This document shows, piece by piece, positions 50,706-63,160 of a DNA stretch of 64,000 nt. The position numbers were made by a program, and so were the translations under genes. This DNA is from Macrostomum lignano. Taxonomy: Eukaryota. Where the stretch lies: assembly GCA_002269645.1 (NCBI GenBank), contig NIVC01000799.1, positions 124,001-188,000 of the forward strand, read 5' to 3'. Below the pieces are notes generated by a model. That model saw only the letters and a list, made by a program, of their open reading frames with translations. It did not search any database and was not told the DNA's origin. Each line of letters begins with the position of its first letter. The first letter of the stretch is position 1.

Positions 50706-51551
50706 GAAACGCCTGAGGAAGTTGGCGGCGCCCAGGAACGGCTGCAGCTCCTTCTGGGAGGTCGGAGCCCGGATCTCTTCGAAAGCACGCGTACGCGAAT
50801 CGCCAACACGGAACCCGTCGCCGGAAACTAGGAAGCCGAAGAATTCGATCTGCGGCTGTCGGAACTCACATTTCTGCTTGTTCACTGTCAAGCCCCTGTC
50901 ACAGAGTCGCCGCAGTAGAGCCTCCAAACAGCGGTCGTGCTCCGTCGTGGTGGCACCGAAGATGATGAAATCGTCGAGGATGTGCTCCACGCCGTCCAGG
51001 TCGGCCACCAGATCGTCGAGCATGCGCTGGAACGCCGCAGGCGCTGACGTCAAACCGAACGGCACTCGGCAGTACCTGTATAGGCCCTTGTGCGTGATGA
51101 AGGCTGTCAGGTCGCGCGAAGACTCATGCAGCTCCATCTGCATGTAGCCGGCCTTCAGGTCCACCTTGCTGAAGATCTGTCCTTTGGCCCCCTTGATCTT
51201 GGCAGCGATGTCGTCCAGCTGGGGCATCGGGTGTTGGTCGCATATCACCGCCTTGTTGGGCTCCCGGATATCGACGCAGACCCTGATGCTGCCGTCCTTT
51301 TTGGTGGTGGTCACCAGGTTTGACACCCAGCGACTCGAGTCGACTCGCTCGATGATGCCAGCCGCCTCCAGTTTGTCGAGCTCAGCCTCCACCAGCTGCT
51401 GCTTGGCCAGCGGTAGACGACGCAGAGGCTGGCGCACTGGCGGCATGGAGGGGTCGATGACGGGCTTGTGCACGGCTCCGCTGCAGCAGCCGATCTGCTC
51501 GCTAAAGGCCGCTGGGAACCGCGCCTCCAGCTGCTCCGCGACGCTGTTCAC
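50706..51551 (-). pseudogene. Gypsy reverse transcriptase domain
   Basis: KKDGSIRVCVD, FSKVDLKAGYMQMEL, TAFITHKGLYRYCRVPFGL, SAPAAFQR, HILDD, KCEF..IEFFG. Confidence 0.95.
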
Positions 51552-51564
51552 CTCGCTGACGTCC

Positions 51565-52068
51565 TCACAGGCTCACATGGAAACCGAGCTTATCCATGAG
51601 GTCTCGACCTGCGATGTTGTCGCCGTGCTTCGCGATGTAGAATAGGTGTTGCAGAGACCGGTTGTTGTGCTTAACGGGAACCGCCGCTTGGCCCACGAGA
51701 TCGATCAGCTTGCCGCCGTATGCGCGCAGCTTCATCGTTGTCGGCTGAGGTAGCACGTCGGTCAGGAGCGCGGCCGTGTCGGCGTTCAACAGTGACACCT
51801 TGGCGCCGCAGTCGATCAGAGTATTGACCGGCACCTCTGCTTGTCCGAGCCGCAGCTGCGCACGGATCTCACCGTCTCCCTGCACGGCGTATATAGTGAC
51901 CGCCTCGTCCGGGCCGTCCTGAGCCTGGCCGGTCACTTGGAGCGCCTTGCTCCGGCAGCAACGGCTGAAATGGTTCATCTTGCCGCAGTTGTTGCAGGAC
52001 TGCCCCTTCGCTGGGCAGTTGCCGTCGCCGTGACTGCGTCCGCAGCGAGAGCAGGCCTTGGCGGCGGG
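51565..52068 (-). pseudogene. Gypsy gag C-terminal zinc knuckle and aspartic protease; frameshifted relative to RT, N-terminal gag deleted
   Basis: CSRCG..H..CPAKGQSCNNCGKMNHFSRCC; LIDCGAKVSLL; GRDLMDKLG. Confidence 0.9.
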
Positions 52069-52093
52069 TACGTGTACTAACTGTGTACTGTGT

Positions 52094-52362
52094 ACTAACA
52101 CAGGAAACGAGTACGTGGCAGGTAAGACTTTTTGCTGGAAAAAAGGTACGAGCTCCACTTAGGGCAACCCGCGCTTATATTTAATATTTAACAGTAAATT
52201 GTTACACGATCGATAAATTCAACCGCCAAAATGTCACGTGAATACGATACATTACAATACAATATACGAATAATTTATTAACTGCACTACTTAAAGTAGA
52301 GTAGTAAGAAAAGGTTAGTTAGACGAACGGCCCTTTTACGGGCTCCTAGTCACGACACAACA
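52094..52362 (-). repeat. Gypsy 5' LTR, truncated at its inner (U5) end
   Basis: Matches the other LTRs but lacks the last 16 nt and the PBS. Confidence 0.92.
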
Positions 52363-52879
52363 CAATCATTTTTTGCAAACAGGGAAAACAAGATATGTTA
52401 TTTAGGAGGTTTTAAAGAAGATTTAGAAGATTGGATTAGGGTCATAGAATTCAGCTAATAGATTTTAAGGAATGTAATTTTGTCAATGGGAGTTCTATGG
52501 CCTTTCTCCAATAGAGGAGTTGGCGTTTTTTAAAAATAAATAAATATTTATTGGATTATCTAAGATCCATTTTCTTGACAATGCCATTTTTGTAAATAAA
52601 TATTTGTATGCAATAGGGTCTAGGGCAACTTTGTAGTTGTACCATGTGCATTGGTATACAAAAATTTACTTCTATATGCAATAGTTAAACTCTGGTATGC
52701 AGTCTGCAGGCCAAAATATTTGTATGCATAGTCTATATTTTGGAGGCTATTGTGTAGGACTATATTTATATTAGTATATTGATAAATCAATGATGTGTAT
52801 TTGTCTAGTCTCCCAATTTTTGCCTACTATAATCCTAATATAGCTTTAAATATCATTTAGCCCTTTTTGCATCCATTGC

Positions 52880-53050
52880 ATGGACTGCGTTGCTGTTCGA
52901 CTTAAGCCTGGGGAGCTGCTGCGCGAGTCCCTGATGCAACTGGTGAAAGAGCAGGGCCTGAGCTCTGCTTTTGTTATCAGCTGTGTTGGTAGCCTCACCC
53001 AAGCTAGACTGCGCTATGCCACCTCATCTGATGGTTCTGGCACCAACCCA
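52880..53050 (+). CDS. PPC/DUF296 domain protein, exon 1 (57 codons)
   Basis: RLKPGELL..AFVISCVGSLTQARLR; donor GTAAGT at 53051, phase 0. Confidence 0.88.
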
Positions 53051-53324
53051 GTAAGTATTCTGATTTTTCTAAAAAAACTGAAGCACTTGTGATATTATAT
53101 TTGTCTGAGCAATAAATAAAAATGAATTGTTGTCTAGATTTTATCTTTGTGTCATAGAATGTGATATAGGAGATCAACTTTAATTTTGACGCGCTGAATT
53201 TTGAACCTTAGATGCCATATTGGCATCATTTTCCCATCTATATGCCATTTAAATGAAGCTCCATATTTGTCACATTTCATTTACTGCATAAAGAGATAAA
53301 TAACCTAGCTAATGGTCACAAGTC

Positions 53325-53545
53325 GGGGGAGAGATAAAGAAGAAGAGGGAATAGATAAGAGAAGAGCGGAGAGAGGAGATGAGATATGGGATGAGAGAAG
53401 AGAAGAGAGAGAAGATAAGAAAAAGATAAGGATAAGAGACGGCAGAAGAGAAGACGAAAGCAAAGGAGAGAAGAGGGGCGAGAGGAGAGGAGAAAGAAGA
53501 AGATAGAAGAGAGGAGAGAGGCGAGATCAGATACGAGAGCTAAGA
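53325..53545. repeat. A/G-rich low-complexity tract in the DUF296 intron
   Basis: Purine-rich GA repeats. Confidence 0.8.
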
Positions 53546-53746
53546 GGAGACCCTGAGCGGGCATGCAGATTGCTATTATGAAGTTTCGCGGGTCGGAGGT
53601 TGTCGACCTTTGGTTTAAAGTATCACTGATTTTATAATTATTGGGATTATTGAAATTTCATTAGTGCTCTTTCAAATTTCTAATTTTCAACTAACGCCAG
53701 TTGGCATCCGTTCTATTATATCCGATGGGATAATCTTTTATTGCAG

Positions 53747-54013
53747 TCCGAACTGCTGCAACGCCACATGGAAATTGTTTCACTAGTTGGCACCATCAGC
53801 CAGGGCGGCCAATCGTGCCATCTGCATATTTGCCTGTCGGACGAGCACGGCCGTGCGATTGGTGGCCACCTCCTTGGCGACGATATTGTGTACACAACTG
53901 CCGAGGTTGTCCTTGGCTGTCACGCTGGTCTGGTCTTTACCAGGGAGCCGGACCCGGCGACGGCTTTTGACGAATTAGTTGTGACTGCGGCGCCGGCTTT
54001 GAAGCCTAAATGA
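53747..54013 (+). CDS. PPC/DUF296 domain protein, exon 2 (spliced product about 145 aa)
   Basis: Acceptor TCTTTTATTGCAG, in frame; EIVSLVGT..HLHICLSD..G..IGGHL..TTAEVVL..FTREPD..FDELVV; stop TGA at 54011-54013. Confidence 0.9.
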   Translation, partial: SELLQRHMEIVSLVGTISQGGQSCHLHICLSDEHGRAIGGHLLGDDIVYTTAEVVLGCHAGLVFTREPDPATAFDELVVTAAPALKPK

Positions 54014-54331
54014 ATATTTCCTTTGGTGTAAACCAAAATAAATGACGCTTTATTATTGTGCCAATATTTCGCTGTTTTAAAGGTCTCGTACAGTGCAATC
54101 AGGTCAGAATTAAATGTATAACTAAGCGTTATCACGACACTTCTATCTAGATTTTATACTGCGTTACTAACTTGTATGTACACAAGAAAGCAAATTCCAA
54201 TATTTCAAATGCCAGAAACGATGCAACTGCAATAAAGATAATTACCTATCTAATTTATGCTTACTTACTATTTTATTAAGCAAGCTACAAAACGGTGTAT
54301 TTTTACTACTTTATTCTCTGCTTTAGACTAA

Positions 54332-54669
54332 AAGTGGGTTGTAGCCTAGTGGTCAGAGCGTCGGACTCACGACTTGAAGGTCGGGGGTTCGATTCCCGAT
54401 CCTACTGAAACAATTTGTATCCTTGAGCAAGAAATTAAACTCTGCATTGCTTCAGTTCACCCAGCTGTAAAATGGGTGCCAGCATTAGCTGGGGTAATTG
54501 AGGGTGTGTGGCGACCCCCCCCCCCAGTCCTTGGACTGAACAGCCGTACGCAGCCTTCAGATGCGCCGGGCAATAGCTGCGGCTGAGCTGTCGGTTGCAC
54601 ACATCTGCTCATTAAGGCCCATTAAGACAGGTGTAATCAATTATTATTATTATTATTATTATTATATTA
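54332..54669 (+). mobile_element. tRNA-derived SINE with CORE-like central domain, (ATT)n tail and 10-bp TSD TTTAGACTAA
   Basis: A box TAGCCTAGTGG, B box GGTTCGATTCC, then CCTTGAGCAAG..CTTCAGTTCACCCAGCTGTAAAATGGG. TSD at 54322-54331 and 54670-54679. Confidence 0.85.
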
Positions 54670-55975
54670 TTTAGACTAACCAATTGAAATTTCGGATACT
54701 CTGAATCTAAAGCGACTTTTGTCATTTAAAATTTTTTAACTTACATGTAGTAGATTGGCGTTAATCAATAACTACCCCTGCCCGTAGGTCTACTTAATTT
54801 CAGCTAATTAAATGTTAAATCTACATAAAATTTGAACAAGGATTGTTCGAGTGACAGAATTTGAGAATTACTACGTTTAATTTTTGGAAATGTTTAGAAA
54901 GGCAGGTTTTACCGAAAAAATACGTCTATCTATGCATGCTCAGCTATATATAAGTTATAACTTTATAATCTGCAATCTATAATTAATAGCCTTCATTAAA
55001 CCAGAGAATAAAAGGCTTCAATTTTTAGGCTAAGTACTCTCCTACATGTATAGGCCATATTTATGAAAAAGCTTAATTTTTTAGTAAGTCTAGTCAATTT
55101 AATTAACTTCGAATCCTTATCTTTTAAACAAAAAAACTCTATGAACATCAATTAGAGCTAGCTATAAGAAAGGCAAGTCATATATCAGAAGATGTACGCT
55201 AGGATCTGTCTCCTGTGAAAAGCAACGACAAATTTTGAAACGTAGTTTTCCATCCTGCTTCAGTAGTCCCCGAGTTGAAGCTTTCTATTTTAAGCTTTTT
55301 ACGTTCGCTTTCGAAGATTAATATTGGAGCAATGTCTGCAGTTTCGCGAATAACCGCTCGACACGCGCCTAAGCTAGTAGGCCAGCGGTGCAGAGTGCAG
55401 CGAGAAAAAGACGACCATCGACCTCCCACTCCCCTAGCCTCTGGCGTTCACTGACTTAAAGTTATCTGTTACTACTGTAAATTGTGCTGAAGGACAGCCT
55501 TTTCGCTACGGGGTACGTGTTTGCGTAGTACCTCATGTATATTTCACGGCTTAAAGTATATAACAAACTTATTTAGTAAAACACATCTTAGATTTAAAAA
55601 ATAAAAACTAATGTATAACAGTTGCTGGATTTATTTTCGAAACGAAAATTAAACTGAAGCATTTATTCAACAAATCATATTTATGATTGCGATGAAATAA
55701 AATTTCGTCATTTTTCTTGACCTGGCCTGCCTCTTCTAGATCATCAAATAAATACGTTAAGATTACATACATAGATAAAGTATCTTGTTAATAAACTTCA
55801 ATCCAATCGACCGACCTATTGTAATATAACGATTTATTAATTAATTTGAGCAAATTAGTGATATCTAATAAGTTTTAGTTGAAATAAGTCAAGTAAAGTA
55901 TCACTTTTTGGATAAAAAAGCAAGCTTGATTTTTTTTGATTTCGTGTGACAGACAGACAGGCTTTGGAATTAACT

Positions 55976-56002
55976 ATGGACATGGAGGAATCATCTGAAC
56001 CA
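55976..56002 (+). CDS. EIF2S2: eIF2 beta paralog B, predicted first coding exon (MDMEESSEP)
   Basis: ATG..CCA followed by donor GTAAGT, phase 0, joining the phase-0 acceptor at 63161. This gives an acidic N-terminus before MFDP, like MSGDE-MIFDP in vertebrate eIF2-beta. Confidence 0.7.
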
Positions 56003-56063
56003 GTAAGTGTATACTAGCAGCCTACCAATTCATTTATTGAGGTATAAGCAGTGGTGTTGGAGC

Positions 56064-56229
56064 CAGTAGTGGATCCAGAAAATTTTGAATTGGGGGCACA
56101 GACTACTAAGCCAGGTACATATATATGCATATCATGTACAAGTATTATATACATGATAATGTGTATTTTACATATAAAAAACTCGATGGGGTAGGCGCAC
56201 CTTGTGCACCCCCTCTAAATCTGCTATTG
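56064..56229. mobile_element. hAT-type MITE with 8-bp TSD, apparently nested in another CAGTGG-starting MITE
   Basis: CAGTAGTGGATCC...AAATCTGCTATTG, with flanks GTTGGAGC and GTTAGAGC (7/8 match). Confidence 0.65.
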
Positions 56230-58083
56230 GTTAGAGCATATTTCAAATTGGGAGGGGCCATTGTTGTATTGATGTGAGGGCACATTGCATGGCTCTGGCT
56301 GAAGTCATCATATTTGAGATTGTCATATTTGGTTACAAGAAAAACAACTAAATTATATAAATCATGATTGTCTTAGCATTAGGCAATACTGCATTCACTA
56401 AATCATTATATTATATTTCATTGGCTGCGCAAGGATATGGGCTCTCATAGCAGCAATATGTTCTTATTTGCCAACAAAATGATTTTCAACTGTAAATTAC
56501 ATTCATACCATTCACTTAAAAGATAGGCCTATAAAAGCCTTGTACTAATTCCTATATTAAAGTTAATACTAATAGTCTAACTGAATATTTAAGTTTTAAT
56601 TAAGAATGATAGAAAGATTGCCTTGAAATGGTTTGATAGGCTAGGGCCTAACTCTATAATTAGAAGCAGATGTATTTTTTAAACTTGAGTCAAGTTATAT
56701 TATTTTTTAGCTATTATAAAAATTTGCTTCAACTTATTCTAGGGTCCTATATTTTTTGTTTCATTTGGTTTCATTTTCAAGAAACTTAATGAATTCATGA
56801 TATTCAAATGTTAACATCTTATGGATTGCCCCAACCAAGTTTTCATCTTTATATGATAATTTAGAATATAACAATTTTGACCATATCCCATTGTACATGT
56901 CAATGTGCTCAAGCAAGTTAATGTGCCTTTAGATTAGCCTAAAAATGTATATCTTTAATTTACAAAATGGCATTCTTTCATTTTATGATCACTTAGCACT
57001 GTCCCTATGGGAGTCGGGACTTTCGTTATACAATCCCCCCACAGAGGACAGAAAATTGCTCTTAAAATCAAACTTCAAAATGGGACCACTTCTGTGTCAT
57101 TTTAATATAAAATATTGTGTCTTATAGAAGTTAGAAGCCTATCCTTATATTTACTTTTGTTATGCGATCATTTAAATGGTGAATTTATATGCAGATAATT
57201 GCAAGACGAAACCAAAAGAGCTTGTAGATTTCGACTTACAATCACACCAATAGTAAAATTGTATTGGAAAGATTGTATGACAAAATGGTAGGAAATTGTC
57301 ACTATAATAGACGTTTCAACCAAACAATCAATTGCAGCCTCTAATATGTCTACAAACTGAAAGCCCCCTGGCTCTTTTTACATGGCTCTTTTTGTATGCC
57401 TTTTTGGGCACCGCCGCCGCCCTATGCCCCCCTTCATTTTCGTCATACGTTCACCCCTCAATATAACACATAGGTCTAATGAACTGGGGGGATTTTATGA
57501 CAAAAGTGAGGGGGTGGCGCTTGTGAATCTTATAATGAATACAATTTTATTCTTGAACCCTGTAGATCAATGATGGAGATCAATGTAGCAGTTCGTATCT
57601 TAAGTTGTCGTGAACTAGTGCAACTTCACCAGGGATGTAATGTGTAATCCATTTACTTTCGTCATACAATCCCTTTAATATAATTCTATCAATGCGGTGA
57701 TCATAATTCAAAACCTACAAGCTCTTTCAGTTTTGTCTTGTGAATATAATATAAGTTAAGATAATATAAGAACATATAAGTTCACCATTTAAATGATCAT
57801 ATGACGAAAGTGAATATAAGCTATGTGCTTTCATAACTAATGCTATGCCCACGATCCTCAAGTTGATTGAAAAGTGAGTTGCAGTGATGAATTAGGTTGA
57901 CTGGAAAGTGAGTTGCAATGATTTTGTTCTTGGAAAATAAATGTGAAACATACTTTTTGATAAACTAAAGTGTCTTTTTTGACTCTTTTTAATGGGGATC
58001 GTAAGACAAAACTTGACCTTATCAGGGATTGTAAAACAAAAGAATGCCTACAAAATTAATGATTTTTCAATTACAAAAGCCAA

Positions 58084-61000
58084 TCCTATATACTAAAAAT
58101 GGTCTGTCTGTGTCTATCTATCTATCTATCTATCTATCTATGTGATCGATTAGAGAAAAAATGGCTGGACCGATTTTGTTCGAACTTGCACTGTTCGATC
58201 AGAAATTTTCCCGTGACGGTACATGCATCGTGGCTAAGAAATTGCTCAATGCTAAAGGCATTAAATATTCGAAAAACATGCTTTTTTGCAAAGGTCAAGC
58301 AAACTTTTTGACTTGAAATGCATTGTAAGAATGCTAGAGAAAAAACTGACTGGTTGAATTCTGACTCTGAAATAGATTGCATCATAACTGAATTGTAACT
58401 CCGACTTGAATTGAAAATGCAGTGTGGAAGCGTAGCACCAGACTTGATTTAAATTGCGTAACCATATTGTTAACTGATACTGACTGACTGAGAAATTGAT
58501 TATGTCATAACTGCTTCGTGTGATTTACTCTATGCTTGGATTTTAAAATGTTGAATTATATAAGTGCAAAATTTGATGTTATCAAAACGATGAGAGCTAG
58601 CGTAGAGGTGAACAAACTGAACTGCTAAATGCAGCGACGATGGTTCGAATTTTCATAGAGTATAATTTTTTTAATTAAAGCTTTTCAACGTCAGGAAAAC
58701 TAAAAGACTTTTTTAAAAGAAGCGTCATGTAATGAATCATAGAAGCGTCATGTAAACAATCATAGAAGCGTCATGTAAACAATCATAAAAGCGTCATTTA
58801 AAAAATCATAGAAGCGTCATGTAAAAAATCATAGAAGCGTCATGTAAAAAATCATAGAAGCGTCACGTAAAAAATCATAGAAGCGTCATGTAAAAATCGT
58901 AGAAGCGTTATATAAAAATCATAGAAGCGTCATGTACACAATCATAGAAGCGTCAAGTAAACAATCATAGAAGCGTCATGTAAACAATCATAGAAGCGTC
59001 ATGTAAAAAATCATAGAAGCGTCATGTAAACAATCATAGAAGCGTCATGTATACAATCATAGAAGCGTCATGTAAAAAATCATAGAAGCGTCATGTAAAA
59101 AATCATAGAAGCGTCATATAAACAATCATAGAAGCGTCATATAAACAATCATAGAAGCGTCATATTAAAATCATAGAAGCGTCATATAAACAATCATAGA
59201 AGCGTCATGTAAAAAATCATAGAAGCGTCATGTAAACAATCATAGAAGCGTCATGTAAACAATCATAGAAGTGTCATATAAACAATCATAGAAGCGTCAT
59301 GTAAACAATCATAGAAGCGTCATGTAAACAATCATAGAAGCGTCATTTAAAACTCATAGAAGCGTCATGTGAACAATCATAGAAGCGTCATGTATACAAT
59401 CATAGAAGCGTCATGTAAAAAATCATAGAAGCGTCATGTAAACAATCATAGAAGCGTCATGTATACAATCATAGAAGCGTCATGTAAAAAATCATAGAAG
59501 CGTCATATAAACAATCATAGAAGCGTCATATAAACAATCATAGAAGCGTCATATAAACAATCATAGAAGCGTCATATTAAAATCATAGAAGCGTCATATA
59601 AACAATCATAGAAGCGTCATGTGAAAAATCATAGAAGCGTCATGTAAACAATCATAGAAGCGTCATGTAAACAATCATAGAAGTGTCATATAAACAATCA
59701 TAGAAGCGTCATGTAAACAATCATAGAAGCGTCATGTAAACAATCATAGAAGCGTCATTTAAAACTCATAGAAGCGTCATGTGAACAATCATAGAAGCGT
59801 CATGTAAAAAATCATAGAAGCGTCATGTAAAAAATCGTAGAAGCGTCATGTAGAAAATCATAGAAGCGTCATGTAAAAAATCATAGAAGCGTCATGTAAA
59901 AATCATAAAAGCGTCATGTAAAAATCGTAGAAGCGTCATATAAAAATCATAGAAGCGTCATATAAAAATCAAAAAAACGTCATTAAAAATTAATGAAAGC
60001 GTCATTTAAAAATTTAAGAAGCATCATGGTAGAATTAAAGAAACGTCATGTCAGACATGAAGGGTGTCATGGAAAAATTAAATGCAGCTATAATGCTGTG
60101 CTGGGGAGAAAAACTGAGACGTCAAGGCTCTCAGAAAATAACTGAGATTACGGGGGGGGGGTTTCTGAGATGTCAAAGCAAAAGTCAGAAGCTAATTCAA
60201 AGTTCATGTACTTTACTCAATTTTTTTATTGCATTCTTTGTTGGCTCGCCACGGGGGGGGCGCTGATAGAAGAAGAGTCATGTAAAAAATCATAGAAGCG
60301 TCATTTAAAAATCAAAAAAACGTCATTTAAAAAATCATAGAAGCGTCATGTAAACAATCATAGAAGCGTCATATAAAAATCATAGAAGCGTCATGTAATG
60401 AATCATAGAAGCGTCATGTAAACAATCATAGAAGCGTCATGTAAACAATCATAGAAGCGTCATGTAAAAAATCATAGAAGCGTCATGTAAACAATCATAG
60501 AAGCGTCATGTAAAAATCATAGAAGCGTCATGTAAACAATCATAGAAGCGTCATGTAATGAATCATAGAAGCGTCATGTAATGAATCATAGAAGCGTCAT
60601 GTAAACAATCATAGAAGCGTCATGTAATGAATCATAGAAGCGTCATGTAAAAAATCATAGAAGCGTCATGTAATGAATCATAGAAGCGTCATGTAAACAA
60701 TCATAGAAGCGTCATGTAATGAATCATAGAAGCGTCATGTAAACAATCATAGAAGCGTCATGTAAACAATCAGAGAAGCGTCATGTAAAAAATCGTAGAA
60801 GCGTCATGTAAACAATCATAGAAGCGTCATGTAAAAATCATAGAAGCGTCATGTAAACAATCATAGAAGCGTCATGTAAACAATCATGGAAGCGTCATGT
60901 AAACAATCATAGAAGCGTCGTGAAAAAATCATAGAAGCGTCATTTAAAAACTAATGAAAGTGTCATTTAAAAAATTAAGAAGCATCATGGTAGAATAAAA

Positions 61001-61944
61001 GAAGCGTCATGTCAGACATGAAGGGTGTCATGGAAAAATTAAATGCAGCTATAATGCTGTGCTGGGGAGAAAAACTGAGACGTCAAGGCTCACAGAAAAT
61101 AACTGAGATTACGGGGGGGGGGGTTTCTGAGATGTCAAAGCAAAAGTCAGAAGCTACTTCAAAGTACATGTACTTTACTCAATTTTTTTATTGCATTCTT
61201 TGTTGGCTCGCCACGGGGGGGGGCGCTGATAGAAGAAGAGTTATGTAAAAAATAAAAGTAGCACTATGCATACATAAAAGAAAAGTCATGTCAAAGTTAA
61301 AAGATTCATTTGGGAATTGCTACGATGTCAAAGCTAGGTGGAAATCGTTATAGTGCTGTGATTCTTAAAGAAGGAATCACTAAAATGTCAAGGCTTAGGG
61401 GAGAAGAATTGCTGAGATTTCAAGGCTTTAGGTTGGGTTAAAGTTAGGTTTAGGTCAGGTGTGGGTTGAGGGTTATATTTTATCGGGTTTCAAGGTTAAC
61501 GGGGGATTTTTCAGATTTCAAGGTTTATGGGGGGCATCGCTGACATGTCAAGGCTTACGGGGGGATAGCTGAGAGATGTCAAGGCTCACGGGGGTATAAA
61601 TGAGATTTCAAGGATAAAGTCAGAAGCTACATGTAGTTTATTGAAAACTTTTTATTACATTATTTGATGCCTCCTCAGGGGAGGGATCGCTGATAAAAAA
61701 GCGTAATGTAAAAAATAAAAGAAGCTTCATGTCGAAGTTAAGAGATTCATTTGGGAATCCATTGCATTGCTGAGATGTCAAGGGGGGAGTTGATATGTTA
61801 AAGCTTGTGGGGGGGGATTACTGACATGTCAAGGCTTACAAGGTTTGACAGGAGATTTTTTAAGATTTCAAGGATACATGTAGCTTATTAAAGAAACGTG
61901 TATTGCATTTCTTTGGCTCCCCAACGGGGGGCGTAGATTGCTAG
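58084..61944 (+). mobile_element. Probable non-autonomous Helitron carrying internal minisatellites (in the eIF2-beta B intron)
   Basis: A|TCCTATATACTAAAA start, followed by (TCTG/TCTA)n and GGCTGGACCGATTTT. The 3' GC hairpin GCTCCCC-AAC-GGGGGGC precedes CTAG|T. No TSD. Confidence 0.6.
58718..60950. repeat. 23-bp minisatellite GAAGCGTCATGTAAACAATCATA in two blocks, with an about 300-bp spacer duplicated at offset 961
   Basis: Blocks at about 58718-60005 and 60275-60950. The spacer at about 59985-60290 recurs at about 60946-61251. Confidence 0.95.
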
Positions 61945-63160
61945 TTTTTACTAAAAATTACTTTTAATTTTGATATTAAAAATTATTGTCTCTAGTATTT
62001 GGTTTAATGATAAATACTAAATAACAGCAACATATTCAATGAAAATATTGATACATTTTAAAACAATAGACAATCAATTACTAATTAGTAAAACTGATGA
62101 ATAGACAGTCCTATATATATATATATATATATATAAGCTGCAGTAATGAAGGCATAGTAGGCATATCTATCTTCTTTGACTAACCACTCACTAAGTCTAC
62201 CCATTTGTCTAATAGTCTAACTTTGTACCAAAGACATATTTTAAGCCATGTCATTTTATGCTTATTTACAAAAATAATTTTGAAGTTTGCATTTTTAGAT
62301 ATAGGCAAAATGACATTGGTATCAAAAAGCATCATAGATACATCTTGAACTGGCATTTAAATTAGCTAATAAGTGAACCAATTATTGAATCAATATTTAC
62401 TATATTTATACTGCTTCTTGCTAGAATGTTGCATGCTTGTTTTTGGGCCATAGACAAAATTCATAGAAAAAGCTATAGATAGAAGCCATAGACTCTAAGT
62501 ATTTTTACTCTTCAAATTTACACATAGCATGAACAAATCCAATCTAGTTTAGTTCATCTTCTAGAATATTATGATATTATTTTTAGCTTACCCTTCAACC
62601 ATTTATTTGGTTCTATTGCTAGTTGCAATATAGTCATATTGCAAAGCTATTGTTAAGTGCTCACATTACAAATAGTATGTCTTACATTAGAAAGATAGCA
62701 AAAACACATGCATTTTGAGCCTCACTGCTAGTTGTCTATAGTAAAGAGTATGTCAAATCCGCAGGCAATTAATTCCTTGGAGAAATCATTTAAGCACTAT
62801 CTTGCTTGGCCTTTTCATTTATTTCATGCATGCCTCCAACCAAACCAACCAGGAAGCTCCATATGAAAAAGTTACAATATAGAACAAGGTTCAGCAAGAA
62901 AAAGTTCACTTAACAAAACCTGCATATAAAGAAGCACATGACAAAAATTTTTTTGTATGTTTAGACTTCAGTAAGTTACATAATCACCTCCCCAGCGATA
63001 CAGCCTGTGCGAATTCTTGCCTGTGTGCTAAGTTGGCAATGCTTCTATTGTTATCGCCTCTGTCAATAGTGTCGATTATCAATCTATGCTTTTCGTCGCT
63101 AATCTTCGTTCGTTGCTCTTTGTTTGCAATGCCTTTCACTCCCCTGTTTGACTCGCGCAG

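Larger units (their letters stand above)
48125..52362 (-). mobile_element. Defective Ty3/Gypsy LTR retrotransposon with 5-bp TSD CAATC
   Basis: CAATC at 48120-48124 and 52363-52367. LTRs have TG..CA ends. PPT GGAGGGGGAAAA (minus strand) at 48426-48437. Domain order is Zn-knuckle, PR, RT, RH, INT. Confidence 0.97.

Noticed and set aside
48463-52080. Plus-strand ORFs overlapping the Gypsy pol
   Set aside because: Shadow ORFs of GC-rich coding sequence on the opposite strand.
54336-54410. Bona fide tRNA gene
   Set aside because: The acceptor stem is not closed, and it continues into a SINE body with tail and TSD.
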